A stretch of 63,257 nucleotides of DNA, the filler included, from Nemertoderma westbladi (lineage: Eukaryota > Animalia > Xenacoelomorpha), in NCBI GenBank assembly GCA_032718475.1. It is 3 parts of 3 records of this genome, joined end to end, with 100 filler letters (N's around TTAATTAATTAA, not from the genome) between each part and the next. Parts side by side here need not be neighbours in the genome. Positions count along the whole stretch, not along the records: positions 1 to 27,810 come from JAUCBJ010007846.1; positions 27,911 to 44,354 come from JAUCBJ010003660.1; 1 more part is not named here. One strand, given 5' to 3'. This document shows, piece by piece, positions 24,401 to 38,200 of the stretch (within the stretch, counting starts at the first letter, position 1; each line of letters opens with the position of its first letter). Position numbers and translations under genes: made by a program. The notes under the pieces are model-generated. The model was not told the DNA's origin and searched no databases. It saw only the letters and a list, made by a program, of their open reading frames with translations.

Positions 24401-27040
24401 GACACTCACTAGGGTGTATCCGTGTATCTGTTGGAGACACTCACTAGGGTGTATCCGTGTATCTGTTGGAGACACTCACTAGGGTGTATCCGTGTATCTG
24501 TTGGAGACACTCACTACTCACTAGGGTGTATCCGTGTATCTGTTGGAGACACTCACTAGGGTGTATCCGTGTATCTGTTGGAGACACTCACTAGGGTGTA
24601 TCCGTGTATCTGTTGGAGACACTCACTAGGGTGTATCCGTGTATCTGTTGGAGACACTCACTAGTCACTAGGGTGTATCCGTGTATCTGTTGGAGACACT
24701 CACTAGGGTGTATCCGTGTATCTGTTGGAGACACTCACTAGGGTGTATCCGTGTATCTATTGGAGACACTCACTAGGGTGTATCCGTGTATCTGTTGGAG
24801 ACACTCACTAGGGTGAATCCGTGTATCTGTTGGAGACACTCACTAGGGTGTATCCGTGTATCTATTGGAGACACTCACTAGGGTGTATCCGTGTATCTGT
24901 TGGAGACACTCACTAGGGTGTATCCGTGTATCTGTTGGAGACACTCACTAGTCACTAGGGTGTATCCGTGTATCTGTTGGAGACACTCACTAGGGTGTAT
25001 CCGTGTATCTGTTGGAGACACTCACTAGTCACTAGGGTGTGTCCGTGTATCTGTTGGAGACACTCACTAGTCACTAGGGTGTATCCGTGTATCTGTTGGA
25101 GACACTCACTAGGGTGTATCCGTGTATCTGTTGGAGACACTCACTAGGGTGTATCCGTGTATCTGTTGGAGACACTCACTAGTCACTAGGGTGTATCCGT
25201 GTATCTGTTGGAGACACTCACTAGGGTGTATCCTTGTATCTGTTGGAGACACTCACTAGTCACTAGGGTGTATCCGTGTATCTGTTGGAGACACTCACTA
25301 GTCACTAGGGTGTATCCGTGTATCTGTTGGAGACACTCACTAGGGTGTATCCGTGTATCTGTTGGAGACACTCACTAGGGTGTATCCGTGTATCTGTTGG
25401 AGCACACGTCACTAGGGTGTATCCGTGTATCTGTTGGAGACACTCACTAGGGTGTATCCGTGTATCTGTTGGAGACACTCACTAGTCACTAGGGTGTGTC
25501 CGTGTATCTGTTGGAGACACTCACTAGTCACTAGGGTGTATCCGTGTATCTGTTGGAGACACTCACTAGGGTGTATCCGTGTATCTGTTGGAGACACTCA
25601 CTAGGGTGTATCCGTGTATCTGTTGGAGACACTCACTAGGGTGTATCCGTGTATCTGTTGGAGACACTCACTAGGGGTCCGTGTATGCGGAGAATCCTGT
25701 GTATCTGTTGGAGACACTCACTAGGGTGTATCCGTGTATCTGTTGGAGACACTCACTACTCACTAGGGTGTATCCGTGTATCTGTTGGAGACACTCACTA
25801 GGGTGTATCCGTGTATCTGTTGGAGACACTCACTAGGGTGTATCCGTGTATCTGTTGGAGACACTCACTAGGGTGTATCCGTGTATCTGTTGGAGACACT
25901 CACTAGGGTGTATCCGTGTATCTGTTGGAGACACTCACTACTCACTAGGGTGTATCCGTGTATCTGTTGGAGACACTCACTAGGGTGTATCCGTGTATCT
26001 GTTGGAGACGCTCACTAGGGTGTATCCGTGTATATGTTGGAGACACCGCCCATGTGAAGAATACCAGGATTTCACTTTTCGGTCGACTTTTTATTGGAAT
26101 TTTATATATGAAGATTTTTTATTTTTTTTAATTTATCTTTATTAAGTGTTTTATAGCGCTTATTTCTGTCTTATAACCTGTACATATACTAATTCGTTTA
26201 TTGTTTTGGTTAGATTCAGCCCTTCTGTAACCTGTGGTTTTGGTGAAAACCTGGTATTCTTCACATGGGGGTAACTGCAAAGTGAAATATAGCGGCAGAA
26301 AGTCTGGTATTCTTCACATGGGCCGAGACACTCACTAGGGTGTATCCGTGTATCTGTTGGAGACACTCACTAGGGTGTATCCGTGTATCTGTTGGAGACA
26401 CTCACTAGGGTGTATCCGTGTATCTGTTGGAGACACTCACTAGGGTGTATCCGTGTATCTGTTGGAGACACTCACTAGGGTGTATCCGTGTATCTGTTGG
26501 AGACACTCACTAGGGTGTATCCGTGTATCTGTTGGAGACACTCACTAGTCACTAGGGTGTATCCGTGTATCTGTTGGAGACACTCACTAGGGTGTATCCG
26601 TGTATCTGTTGGAGACACTCACTAGGGTGTATCCGTGTATCTGTTGGAGACACTCACTAGGGTGTATCCGTGTATCTGTTGGAGACACTCACTAGGGTGT
26701 ATCCGTGTATCTGTTGGAGACACTCACTGTCACTAGGGTGTATCCGTGTATCTGTTGGAGACACTCACTAGGGTGTATCCGTGTATCTGTTGGAGACACT
26801 CACTAATCATTAGGGTGTATCCGTGTATCTGTTGGAGACACTCACTGGGGTGTACCCGTGTATCTGTTGGAGACACTCACTAGTCACTAGGGTGTATCCG
26901 TGTATCTGTTGGAGACACTCACTAGTCACTAGGGTGTATCCGTGTATCTGTTGGAGACACTCACTAGTCACTAGGGTGTATCCGTGTATCTGTTGGAGAC
27001 ACTCACTAGTCACTAGGGTGTATCCGTGTATCCCTGTTGG
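21488..27040. repeat. 35-bp tandem satellite (roughly 145 units, with 41- and 42-bp variants)
   Basis: Unit AGGGTGTATCCGTGTATCTGTTGGAGACACTCACT; variants add AGTCACT or ACTCAC; very homogeneous. Confidence 0.98.
26046..26325. mobile_element. 280-bp MITE inserted into the 35-bp satellite
   Basis: 22-bp TIR C(C/G)GCCCATGTGAAGAATACCAG; 5-bp TSD AGACA (26041-26045, 26326-26330); third TIR-like copy at ~26251-26270. Confidence 0.92.
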
Positions 27041-27810
27041 TTAAACTGCGATCCATTTGTTTCTTTAGCTAAAAGGGAATTTAATTCCGGGTGTTTCTGC
27101 TCGAGTTAACGAAACCGTTGCCCTGCCAATAATAACCGAACTGCCTGAGAGTTTTTGATACAATATATTTAGTTACTAGGGAGTTCGAGTTGTAGAGTAA
27201 GTTACAATGCACGAATATTAATTCCTTTAGAAACATTCCAGTGTCTTTGTGCTTTATTTACCGCGGTGTATCTCTATAGTGCTGTAAGATTTGGTAATCC
27301 GTCTGTTCGAGCCATAACTGTTAGTCTAACACGTACGTACAGTGTTCGACCCCCATTAGATACCCTTTATTGCTACAATGATTCCAATTTAATTTACCTT
27401 AACGGTATGATAGAGAGAGAGAGAGAGGAGAGAGATTAATTAATATGAAGGAGATTAATTTAATTTGTTCTTTATTTTCTATAAAATATATTCTATGTTC
27501 TATAAATTATACTGATTGATTGTTATGGGTTTGTTTGTTTTATTAAATTATGTAGAATATTTTTTATCGCAATTTCAACTTAGTACTATAATTTTCCTTA
27601 ATTATATATTTAAAAATTATTATGATATGACTTAATATTGTATTAATTTATTAATTAATTATTTAATAGATATTAAATGATTTGATATTCGGCAGTAATA
27701 TAATAATATTATTATTAGTATTTAATATTATATGGATTCAATTATAAACACCTAATGTACGTGTACACTGTACGTGGTCGTGTACACTGTACCTACGTGT
27801 ACACTGTATA

Positions 27811-27910
27811 NNNNNNNNNNNNNNNNNNNNNNNNNNNNNNNNNNNNNNNNNNNNTTAATTAATTAANNNNNNNNNNNNNNNNNNNNNNNNNNNNNNNNNN
27901 NNNNNNNNNN
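27811..27910. other. Assembly gap with artificial six-frame-stop linker
   Basis: N-run, TTAATTAATTAA, N-run; same structure at 44355-44454. Confidence 0.9.
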
Positions 27911-28227
27911 GGAATGGATGTGCAAACATCGTCGATTCGTAGTCTTTCCTTGGGGCTGGGGATGAAGGGGCCGAAAATCCCATTTCGATGAAAACCAAAA
28001 CAATAAACGAAAGACAATATCAATGGTTGCAAATGAATAATAAAGCTCGTAATAAGCGTCGATTTTTAAGTCGAAAGAATACCCCTATAAACATGTTAGT
28101 ACGAAGATATAAGATCATATTATTCATGCAACAGGTTTGCTGTCTACCAAAAGGTTTAAGATATTTTTTACTTCCAATTAATTAAATATCACAAAGTAAT
28201 TATGATAAATGACTATTTTGTCTTTAG

Positions 28228-28872
28228 GTTCTACGTCAAGGCTACGGTATGACCGAGCTCAGTCCAACATCCCACTTCCCACCAATAGATGGCGCTGTGA
28301 AGCACGGCAGTGGGGGAATGTTGTTACCCAACTGCGAAGCAAAGATTATAGACGTGGATACGGGAGCGGAGCTGGGTGAGGGAGCGGACGGGGAGATATG
28401 TGTTCGGGGTCCCAACGTGATGAAGGGATACCTAAACAACCCGGAGGCTACCGCGGCTACGATCGACGTCGATGGATTCCTCCACACCGGGGATATCGGG
28501 CATTGGGACGCCGACAACCATTTCTACATCGTCGACCGTCTCAAGGAGTTGATTAAGTACAAAGGCTATCAGGTGCCGCCTGCGCAACTCGAGTCCGTGT
28601 TACTAACGCATCCGGGCGTCAGGGATTGCGCGGTCGTCGGCGTACCGGACCCCGAGGCCGGAGAGCTCCCGAAAGCGTTCGTCGTACGACGCGAAGGAAG
28701 CGAACAGGTTTCCGCGAAGCAGATCGCCGACTTCCTCGCCGAGAAAGTCGCGCCGTATAAGAAGCTCCGCGGCGGAGTTGAGTTCACCGACGCGATTCCG
28801 AAGTCCGGTTCCGGGAAGATCCTACGACGCGTGCTAAAGCAGCAGGAGATAGACCGCGTAAAGAACCAATAG
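28228..28872 (+). CDS. Terminal exon of a 4-coumarate-CoA-ligase / firefly-luciferase-like acyl-CoA synthetase (ANL superfamily)
   Basis: Acceptor TTTTGTCTTTAG ends at 28227, then in-frame VLRQGYGMTE, GEICVRGPNVMKGY, FLHTGDIG, DRLKELIKYKGYQVPPAQLE, PKSGSGKILR; stop 28870-28872. Upstream exons are not visible. Confidence 0.93.
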   Translation, partial: VLRQGYGMTELSPTSHFPPIDGAVKHGSGGMLLPNCEAKIIDVDTGAELGEGADGEICVRGPNVMKGYLNNPEATAATIDVDGFLHTGDIGHWDADNHFYIVDRLKELIKYKGYQVPPAQLESVLLTHPGVRDCAVVGVPDPEAGELPKAFVVRREGSEQVSAKQIADFLAEKVAPYKKLRGGVEFTDAIPKSGSGKILRRVLKQQEIDRVKNQ

Positions 28873-29237
28873 GGGAGTGGGGAAGGGGGAAATAGGCAGA
28901 CAATGTGACCAATGGGATAACAGAGGCGAACATATAGGAACGAAAGATATAATGTAGCATTAGAAAAGCAGTGTCACACTAACTTCATATAGCATGGCAT
29001 ACGAATGTTTGTAGTAAAATATATTTATTATTTATTAACCATAACCACTATATATTATTAGAACGTTTTTGTTATATTGCAGTTTATTGTTAGTTATATT
29101 AATAATGTTAAAATTATTATTATGATATTATCAATATTATGTATTATTATAGTGACTTAATCCTTGTACAAATTCAACATGATTTTCTCTAAAGTGCGTT
29201 AAGTAGTAGGCCTATAATGTAGTAGTCTCCACGAGTA

Positions 29238-32200
29238 GTGGACTCCACCGTTATTGGACTCACCGATATTGGACTCCGCCGTTATTTGACTCCACCGTTA
29301 TTGGACTCCACCGTTATTGGACTCCACCGTTATTGGACTCCACCGTTATTGGACTCCACCGTTATTGGACTCCACCGTTTTCGGACTCCACCGTTATTGG
29401 ACTCCACCGTTATTGGACTTCACCGTTATTGGACTCCACCGTTATTGGACTCCACCGTTATTGGACTCACCGTTATTGGACTCCACCGTTATTTGACTCC
29501 ACCGTTTTTGGACTCCACCGTTATTGGACTCCACCGTTATTGGACTCCACCGTTATTGGACTCCACCGTTATTGGACTCACCGTTATTGGACTTCACCGT
29601 TATTGGACTCCACCGTTATTGGACTCCACCGTTATTGGACTCCACCGTTATTGGACTCCACCGTTATTGGACTCCACCGTTATTGGACTCCACCGTTATT
29701 GGACTCCACCTTTATTGGACTCCACGCCGTTATTGGACTCACCGTTATTGGACTCCACCGTTATTGGACTCACCGTTATTGGACTCCACCGTTATTGGAC
29801 TCCACCTTTATTGGACTCCACCGTTATTGGACTCCACCGTTATTGGACTCCACCAATATTGGACTCACCGTTATTGGACTCCACCGTTATTTGACTCACC
29901 GTTATTGGACTCCACCGTTATTGGACTCCACCGTTTTTGGACTCCACCGTTATTGGACTCCACCGTTATTGGACTCCACCGTTATTGGACTCCACCGTTA
30001 TTGGACTCACCGTTATTGGACTCCACCGTTATTGGACTCCACCGTTATTGGACTCCACCGTTATTGGATTCCACCGTTATTGGACTCACCGTTATTGGAC
30101 TCCACCGTTATTGGACTCCACCGTTATTGGACTCCACCGTTATTGGACTCCACCGTTATTGGACTCCACCGTTATTGGACTCCACCGTTATTGGACTCCA
30201 CCGTTATTGGACTCCACCGTTATTGGACTCCATCGTTATCGGACTCCACCGTTTTAGGACTCCACCGTTATTGGACTCCACCGTTTTTGGACTCCACCGT
30301 TATTGGACTCACCGTTATTGGACTCCACCGTTTTTGGACTCCACCGTTATTGGACTCACCGTTATTGGACTCCACCGTTATTGGACTCCACCTTTATTGG
30401 ACTCCACCTTTATTGGACTCCACCGTTATTGGACTCAACGTTATTGGACTCCACCGTTATTGGACTCCACCGTTATTGGACTCCACCGTTATTGGACTCC
30501 ACCCTATTAGGACTCCACCGTTTTTGGACTCCACCGTTATTGGACTCCACCGTTATTGGACTCACCGTTATTGGACTCCACCGTTATTGGACTCAACGTT
30601 ATGGGACTCAACCGTTATTGGACTCCACCGTTATTGGACTCCACCGTTATTGGACTCCGCCGTTATTGGACTCCACCGTTATTGGACTCCACCGTTTTAG
30701 GACTCCACCGTTATTGGACTCCACCGTTTTGGACTCCACCGCTATTGGACTCCACCGTTATTGGACTCCACCGTTATTGGACTCACCGTTATTGGACTCA
30801 CCGTTATTGGACTCCACCGTTATTGGACTCCACCGTTATTAGACTCCACCGTAGTAGGACTCCACTGTTTTTGGACTCCACCGTTATTGGACTCCACCGT
30901 TATTGGACTCAACGTTATTGGACTTCACCGTTATTGGACTCCACCGTTATTGGACTCAACGTTATTGGACTCCACCGTTATTGGACTCCACCGTTATTGG
31001 ACTCACCGTTATTGGACTCCACCGTTATTGGACTCACCGTTATTGGACACCACCTTTATTGGACTTCACACCGTTATTGGAAACACCGTTATTGGACTCC
31101 ACCGTTATTGGACTCACCGTTATTGGACTCCACCGTTATTGGACTCCACCTTTATTGGACTCACCGTTATTGGACTCCACCGTTATTGGACTCACCGTTA
31201 TGGGACTCAACCGTTATTGGACTCCACCGTTATTAGACTCCGCCGTTATTGGACTCCACCGTTATTGGACTCCACCGTTTTAGGACTCCACCGTTATTGG
31301 ACTCCACCGTTTTCGACTCCACCGCTATTGGACTCCACCGTTATTGGACTTCACCGTTATTGGACTCCACCGTTATTGGACTCCGCCGTTATTGGACTTC
31401 ACCGTTATTGGACTCCACCGTTATTGGACTCCACCGTATTAGGACTCCACTGTTTTTGGACTCCACCGTTATTGGACTCCACCGTTATTGGACTCAACGT
31501 TATTGGACTTCACTGTTACTGGACTCCACCGTTATTGGACTCACCGTTATTGGACTTCACCGTTATTGGACTTCACCGTTATTGGACTCCACCAATATTG
31601 GACTCACCGTTATTGGACTCCAACGTTATTTGACTCTACCGTTATTGGACTCCACCGTTATTGGACTCCACCTTTATTGGACTCCACGCCGTTATTGGAC
31701 TCACCGTTATTGGACTCCACCGTTATTGGACTCACCGTTATTGGACTCCACCGTTATTGGACTCCACCTTTATTGGACTCCACCGTTATTGGACTCCACC
31801 GTTATTGGACTCACCGTTATTGGACTCCACCGTTATTGGACTCCACTGTATTAGGACTCCACTGTTTTTGGACTCCACCGTTATTGGACTCACCGTTATG
31901 GGACTCCACCGTTATTGGACTCAACGTTATTGGACTTCACCGTTATTGGACTCCACCGTTATTGGACTCCACCGTTATTGGACTCACCGTTATTGGACTT
32001 CACCGTTATTGGACTCCACCGTTATTGAACTCACCGTTATTGGACTCCACCGTCATTGGACTCACCGTTATTGGACTCCACCGTTATTGGACTCACCGTT
32101 ATTGGACTCCACCTTTATTGGACTCCACGCCGTTATTGGACTCACCGTTATTGGACTCCACCGTTATTGGACTCCACCGTTATTGGACTCACCGTTATTG

Positions 32201-35200
32201 GACTCCACCGTTATTGGACTCCACCGTTATTGGACTCCACCGTTATTGGATTCCACCGTTATTGGACTCACCGTTATGGGACTCCACCGTTATTGGACTC
32301 AACGTTATTGGACTTCACCGTTATTGGACTCCACCGTTATTGGACTCAACGTTTTTGGACTCCACCGTTATTGGACTCCACCGTTATTGGACTCACCGTT
32401 ATTGGACTCCACCGTTATTGGACTCACCGTTATTGGACACCACCTTTATTGGACTTCACACCGTTATTGGAAACACCGTTATTGGACTCCACCGTTATTG
32501 GACTCACCGTTATTGGACTCCACCGTTATTGGACTCCACCTTTATTGGACTCACCGTTATTGGACTCCACCGTTATTGGACTCACCGTTATGGGACTCAA
32601 CCGTTATTGGACTCCACCGTTATTAGACTCCGCCGTTATTGGACTCCACCGTTATTGGACTCCACCGTTTTAGGACTCCACCGTTATTGGACTCCACCGT
32701 TTTCGACTCCACCGCTATTGGACTCCACCGTTATTGGACTTCACCGTTATTGGACTCCACCGTTATTGGACTCCGCCGTTATTGGACTTCACCGTTATTG
32801 GACTCCACCGTTATTGGACTCCACCGTATTAGGACTCCACTGTTTTTGGACTCCACCGTTATTGGACTCCACCGTTATTGGACTCAACGTTATTGGACTT
32901 CACCGTTACTGGACTCCACCGTTATTGGACTCACCGTTATTGGACTTCACCGTTATTGGACTTCACCGTTATTGGACTCCACCAATATTGGACTCACCGT
33001 TATTGGACTCCAACGTTATTTGACTCTACCGTTATTGGACTCCACCGTTATTGGACTCCACCTTTATTGGACTCCACGCCGTTATTGGACTCACCGTTAT
33101 TGGACTCCACCGTTATTGGACTCACCGTTATTGGACTCCACCGTTATTGGACTCCACCTTTATTGGACTCCACCGTTATTGGACTCCACCGTTATTGGAC
33201 TCACCGTTATTGGACTCCACCGTTATTGGACTCCACTGTATTAGGACTCCACTGTTTTTGGACTCCACCGTTATTGGACTCCACCGTTATTGGACTCCAC
33301 CGTTATTGGACTCACCGTTATTGGACTTTACCGTTATTGGACTCCACCGTTATTGAACTCACCGTTATTGGACTCCACCGTTATTGGACTCACCGTTATT
33401 GGACTCCACCGTTATTGGACTCACCGTTATTGGACTCCACCTTTATTGGACTCCACGCCGTTATTGAACTCACCGTTATTGGACTCCACCGTTATTGGAC
33501 TCCACCGTTATTGGACTCACCGTTATTGGACTCCACCGTTATTGGACTCCACCGTTATTGGACTCCACCGTTATTGGATTCCACCGTTATTGGACTCACC
33601 GTTATGGGACTCCACCGTTATTGGACTCCACCGTTATTGGACTCCACCGTTATTGGACTCCACCGTTATTGGACTCCACCGTTATTGGACTCCATCGTTA
33701 TCGGACTCCACCGTTTTAGGACTCCACCGTTATTGGACTCCACCGTTTTTGGACTCCACCGTTATTGGACTCACCGTTATTGGACTCCACCGTTTTTGGA
33801 CTCCACCGTTATTGGACTCACCGTTATTGGACTCCACCGTTATTGGACTCCACCTTTATTGGACTCCACCTTTATTGGACTCCACCGTTATTGGACTCAA
33901 CGTTATTGGACTCCACCGTTATTGGACTCCACCGTTATTGGACTCCACCGTTATTGGACTCCACCCTATTAGGACTCCACCGTTTTTGTACTCCACCGTT
34001 ATTGGACTCCACCGTTATTGGACTCACTGTTATTGGACTCCACCGTTATTGGACTCAACGTTATGGGACTCAACCGTTATTGGACTCCACCGTTATTGGA
34101 CTCCACCGTTATTGGACTCCGCCGTTATTGGACTCCACCGTTATTGGACTCCACCGTTTTAGGACTCCACCGTTATTGGACTCCACCGTTTTGGACTCCA
34201 CCGCTATTGGACTCCACCGTTATTGGACTCCACCGTTATTGGACTCACCGTTATTGGACTCACCGTTATTGGACTCCACCGTTATTGGACTCCACCGTTA
34301 TTAGACTCCACCGTATTAGGACTCCACTGTTTTTGGACTCCACCGTTATTGGACTCCACCGTTATTGGACTCAACGTTATTGGACTTCACCGTTATTGGA
34401 CTCCACCGTTATTGGACTCAACGTTATTGGACTCCACCGTTATTGGACTCCACCGTTATTGGACTCACCGTTATTGGACTCCACCGTTATTGGACTCACC
34501 GTTATTGGACACCACCTTTATTGGACTTCACACCGTTATTGGAAACACCGTTATTGGACTCCACCGTTATTGGACTCACCGTTATTGGACTCCACCGTTA
34601 TTGGACTCCACCTTTATTGGACTCACCGTTATTGGACTCCACCGTTATTGGACTCACCGTTATGGGACTCAACCGTTATTGGACTCCACCGTTATTAGAC
34701 TCCGCCGTTATTGGACTCCACCGTTATTGGACTCCACCGTTTTAGGACTCCACCGTTATTGGACTCCACCGTTTTCGACTCCACCGCTATTGGACTCCAC
34801 CGTTATTGGACTTCACCGTTATTGGACTCCACCGTTATTGGACTCCGCCGTTATTGGACTTCACCGTTATTGGACTCCACCGTTATTGGACTCCACCGTA
34901 TTAGGACTCCACTGTTTTTGGACTCCACCGTTATTGGACTCCACCGTTATTGGACTCAACGTTATTGGACTTCACCGTTACTGGACTCCACCGTTATTGG
35001 ACTCACCGTTATTGGACTTCACCGTTATTGGACTTCACCGTTATTGGACTCCACCAATATTGGACTCACCGTTATTGGACTCCAACGTTATTTGACTCTA
35101 CCGTTATTGGACTCCACCGTTATTGGACTCCACCTTTATTGGACTCCACGCCGTTATTGGACTCACCGTTATTGGACTCCACCGTTATTGGACTCACCGT

Positions 35201-38200
35201 TATTGGACTCCACCGTTATTGGACTCCACCTTTATTGGACTCCACCGTTATTGGACTCCACCGTTATTGGACTCACCGTTATTGGACTCCACCGTTATTG
35301 GACTCCACTGTATTAGGACTCCACTGTTTTTGGACTCCACCGTTATTGGACTCCACCGTTATTGGACTCCACCGTTATTGGACTCACCGTTATTGGACTT
35401 CACCGTTATTGGACTCCACCGTTATTGAACTCACCGTTATTGGACTCCACCGTTATTGGACTCACCGTTATTGGACTCCACCTTTATTGGACTCCACGCC
35501 GTTATTGGACTCACCGTTATTGGACTCCACCGTTATTGGACTCACCGTTATTGGACTCCACCGTTATTGGACTCCACCTTTATTGGACTCCACCGTTATT
35601 GGACTCCACCGTTATTGGACTCACCGTTATTGGACTCCACCGTTATTGGACTCCACTGTATTAGGACTCCACTGTTTTTGGACTCCACCGTTATTGGACT
35701 CCACCGTTATTGGACTCCACCGTTATTGGACTCACCGTTATTGGACTTTACCGTTATTGGACTCCACCGTTATTGAACTCACCGTTATTGGACTCCACCG
35801 TTATTGGACTCACCGTTATTGGACTCCACCGTTATTGGACTCACCGTTATTGGACTCCACCTTTATTGGACTCCACGCCGTTATTGAACTCACCGTTATT
35901 GGACTCCACCGTTATTGGACTCCACCGTTATTGGACTCACCGTTATTGGACTCCACCGTTATTGGACTCCACCGTTATTGGACTCCACCGTTATTGGATT
36001 CCACCGTTATTGGACTCACCGTTATGGGACTCCACCGTTATTGGACTCCACCGTTATTGGACTCCACCGTTATTGGACTCCACCGTTATTGGACTCCACC
36101 GTTATTGGACTCCATCGTTATCGGACTCCACCGTTTTAGGACTCCACCGTTATTGGACTCCACCGTTTTTGGACTCCACCGTTATTGGACTCACCGTTAT
36201 TGGACTCCACCGTTTTTGGACTCCACCGTTATTGGACTCACCGTTATTGGACTCCACCGTTATTGGACTCCACCTTTATTGGACTCCACCTTTATTGGAC
36301 TCCACCGTTATTGGACTCAACGTTATTGGACTCCACCGTTATTGGACTCCACCGTTATTGGACTCCACCGTTATTGGACTCCACCCTATTAGGACTCCAC
36401 CGTTTTTGTACTCCACCGTTATTGGACTCCACCGTTATTGGACTCACTGTTATTGGACTCCACCGTTATTGGACTCAACGTTATGGGACTCAACCGTTAT
36501 TGGACTCCACCGTTATTGGACTCCACCGTTATTGGACTCCGCCGTTATTGGACTCCACCGTTATTGGACTCCACCGTTTTAGGACTCCACCGTTATTGGA
36601 CTCCACCGTTTTGGACTCCACCGCTATTGGACTCCACCGTTATTGGACTCCACCGTTATTGGACTCACCGTTATTGGACTCACCGTTATTGGACTCCACC
36701 GTTATTGGACTCCACCGTTATTAGACTCCACCGTATTAGGACTCCACTGTTTTTGGACTCCACCGTTATTGGACTCCACCGTTATTGGACTCAACGTTAT
36801 TGGACTTCACCGTTATTGGACTCCACCGTTATTGGACTCAACGTTATTGGACTCCACCGTTATTGGACTCCACCGTTATTGGACTCACCGTTATTGGACT
36901 CCACCGTTATTGGACTCACCGTTATTGGACACCACCTTTATTGGACTTCACACCGTTATTGGAAACACCGTTATTGGACTCCACCGTTATTGGACTCACC
37001 GTTATTGGACTCCACCGTTATTGGACTCCACCTTTATTGGACTCACCGTTATTGGACTCCACCGTTATTGGACTCACCGTTATGGGACTCAACCGTTATT
37101 GGACTCCACCGTTATTAGACTCCGCCGTTATTGGACTCCACCGTTATTGGACTCCACCGTTTTAGGACTCCACCGTTATTGGACTCCACCGTTTTCGACT
37201 CCACCGCTATTGGACTCCACCGTTATTGGACTTCACCGTTATTGGACTCCACCGTTATTGGACTCCGCCGTTATTGGACTTCACCGTTATTGGACTCCAC
37301 CGTTATTGGACTCCACCGTATTAGGACTCCACTGTTTTTGGACTCCACCGTTATTGGACTCCACCGTTATTGGACTCAACGTTATTGGACTTCACCGTTA
37401 CTGGACTCCACCGTTATTGGACTCACCGTTATTGGACTTCACCGTTATTGGACTTCACCGTTATTGGACTCCACCAATATTGGACTCACCGTTATTGGAC
37501 TCCAACGTTATTTGACTCTACCGTTATTGGACTCCACCGTTATTGGACTCCACCTTTATTGGACTCCACGCCGTTATTGGACTCACCGTTATTGGACTCC
37601 ACCGTTATTGGACTCACCGTTATTGGACTCCACCGTTATTGGACTCCACCTTTATTGGACTCCACCGTTATTGGACTCCACCGTTATTGGACTCACCGTT
37701 ATTGGACTCCACCGTTATTGGACTCCACTGTATTAGGACTCCACTGTTTTTGGACTCCACCGTTATTGGACTCCACCGTTATTGGACTCCACCGTTATTG
37801 GACTCACCGTTATTGGACTTCACCGTTATTGGACTCCACCGTTATTGAACTCACCGTTATTGGACTCCACCGTTATTGGACTCACCGTTATTGGACTCCA
37901 CCGTTATTGGACTCACCGTTATTGGACTCCACCTTTATTGGACTCCACGCCGTTATTGGACTCACCGTTATTGGACTCCACCGTTATTGGACTCACCGTT
38001 ATTGGACTCCACCGTTATTGGACTCCACCTTATTGGACTCCACCTTTATTGGACTCCACCTTTATTGGACTCCACCTTTATTGGACTCAACGTTATTGGA
38101 CTCCACCGTTATTGGACTCACCGTTATTGTACTCCACCGTTATTGGACTCCACCTTTATTGGACTCCACCTTTATTGGACTCCACCCATATTGGACTCAC

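Noticed and set aside
25395-25700. Aberrant units inside the 35-bp satellite
   Set aside because: Isolated and non-recurrent; most consistent with consensus errors.
21488-27040. CRISPR-like 35-bp palindromic repeat, and its short ORFs
   Set aside because: Units are head-to-tail with no unique spacers, there are no cas genes, and the context is eukaryotic.
27855-27866. TTAATTAATTAA as a biological motif, and a gene cluster linking sarcoglycan, 4CL-like and ShKT
   Set aside because: Identical linker in both N-gaps indicates artificial contig joining, so linkage across gaps cannot be assumed.
28228-28872. Bacterial contamination or recent horizontal transfer of the GC-rich 4CL-like segment
   Set aside because: Has an in-frame spliceosomal acceptor and AT-rich flanks, and the family is widespread in animals.
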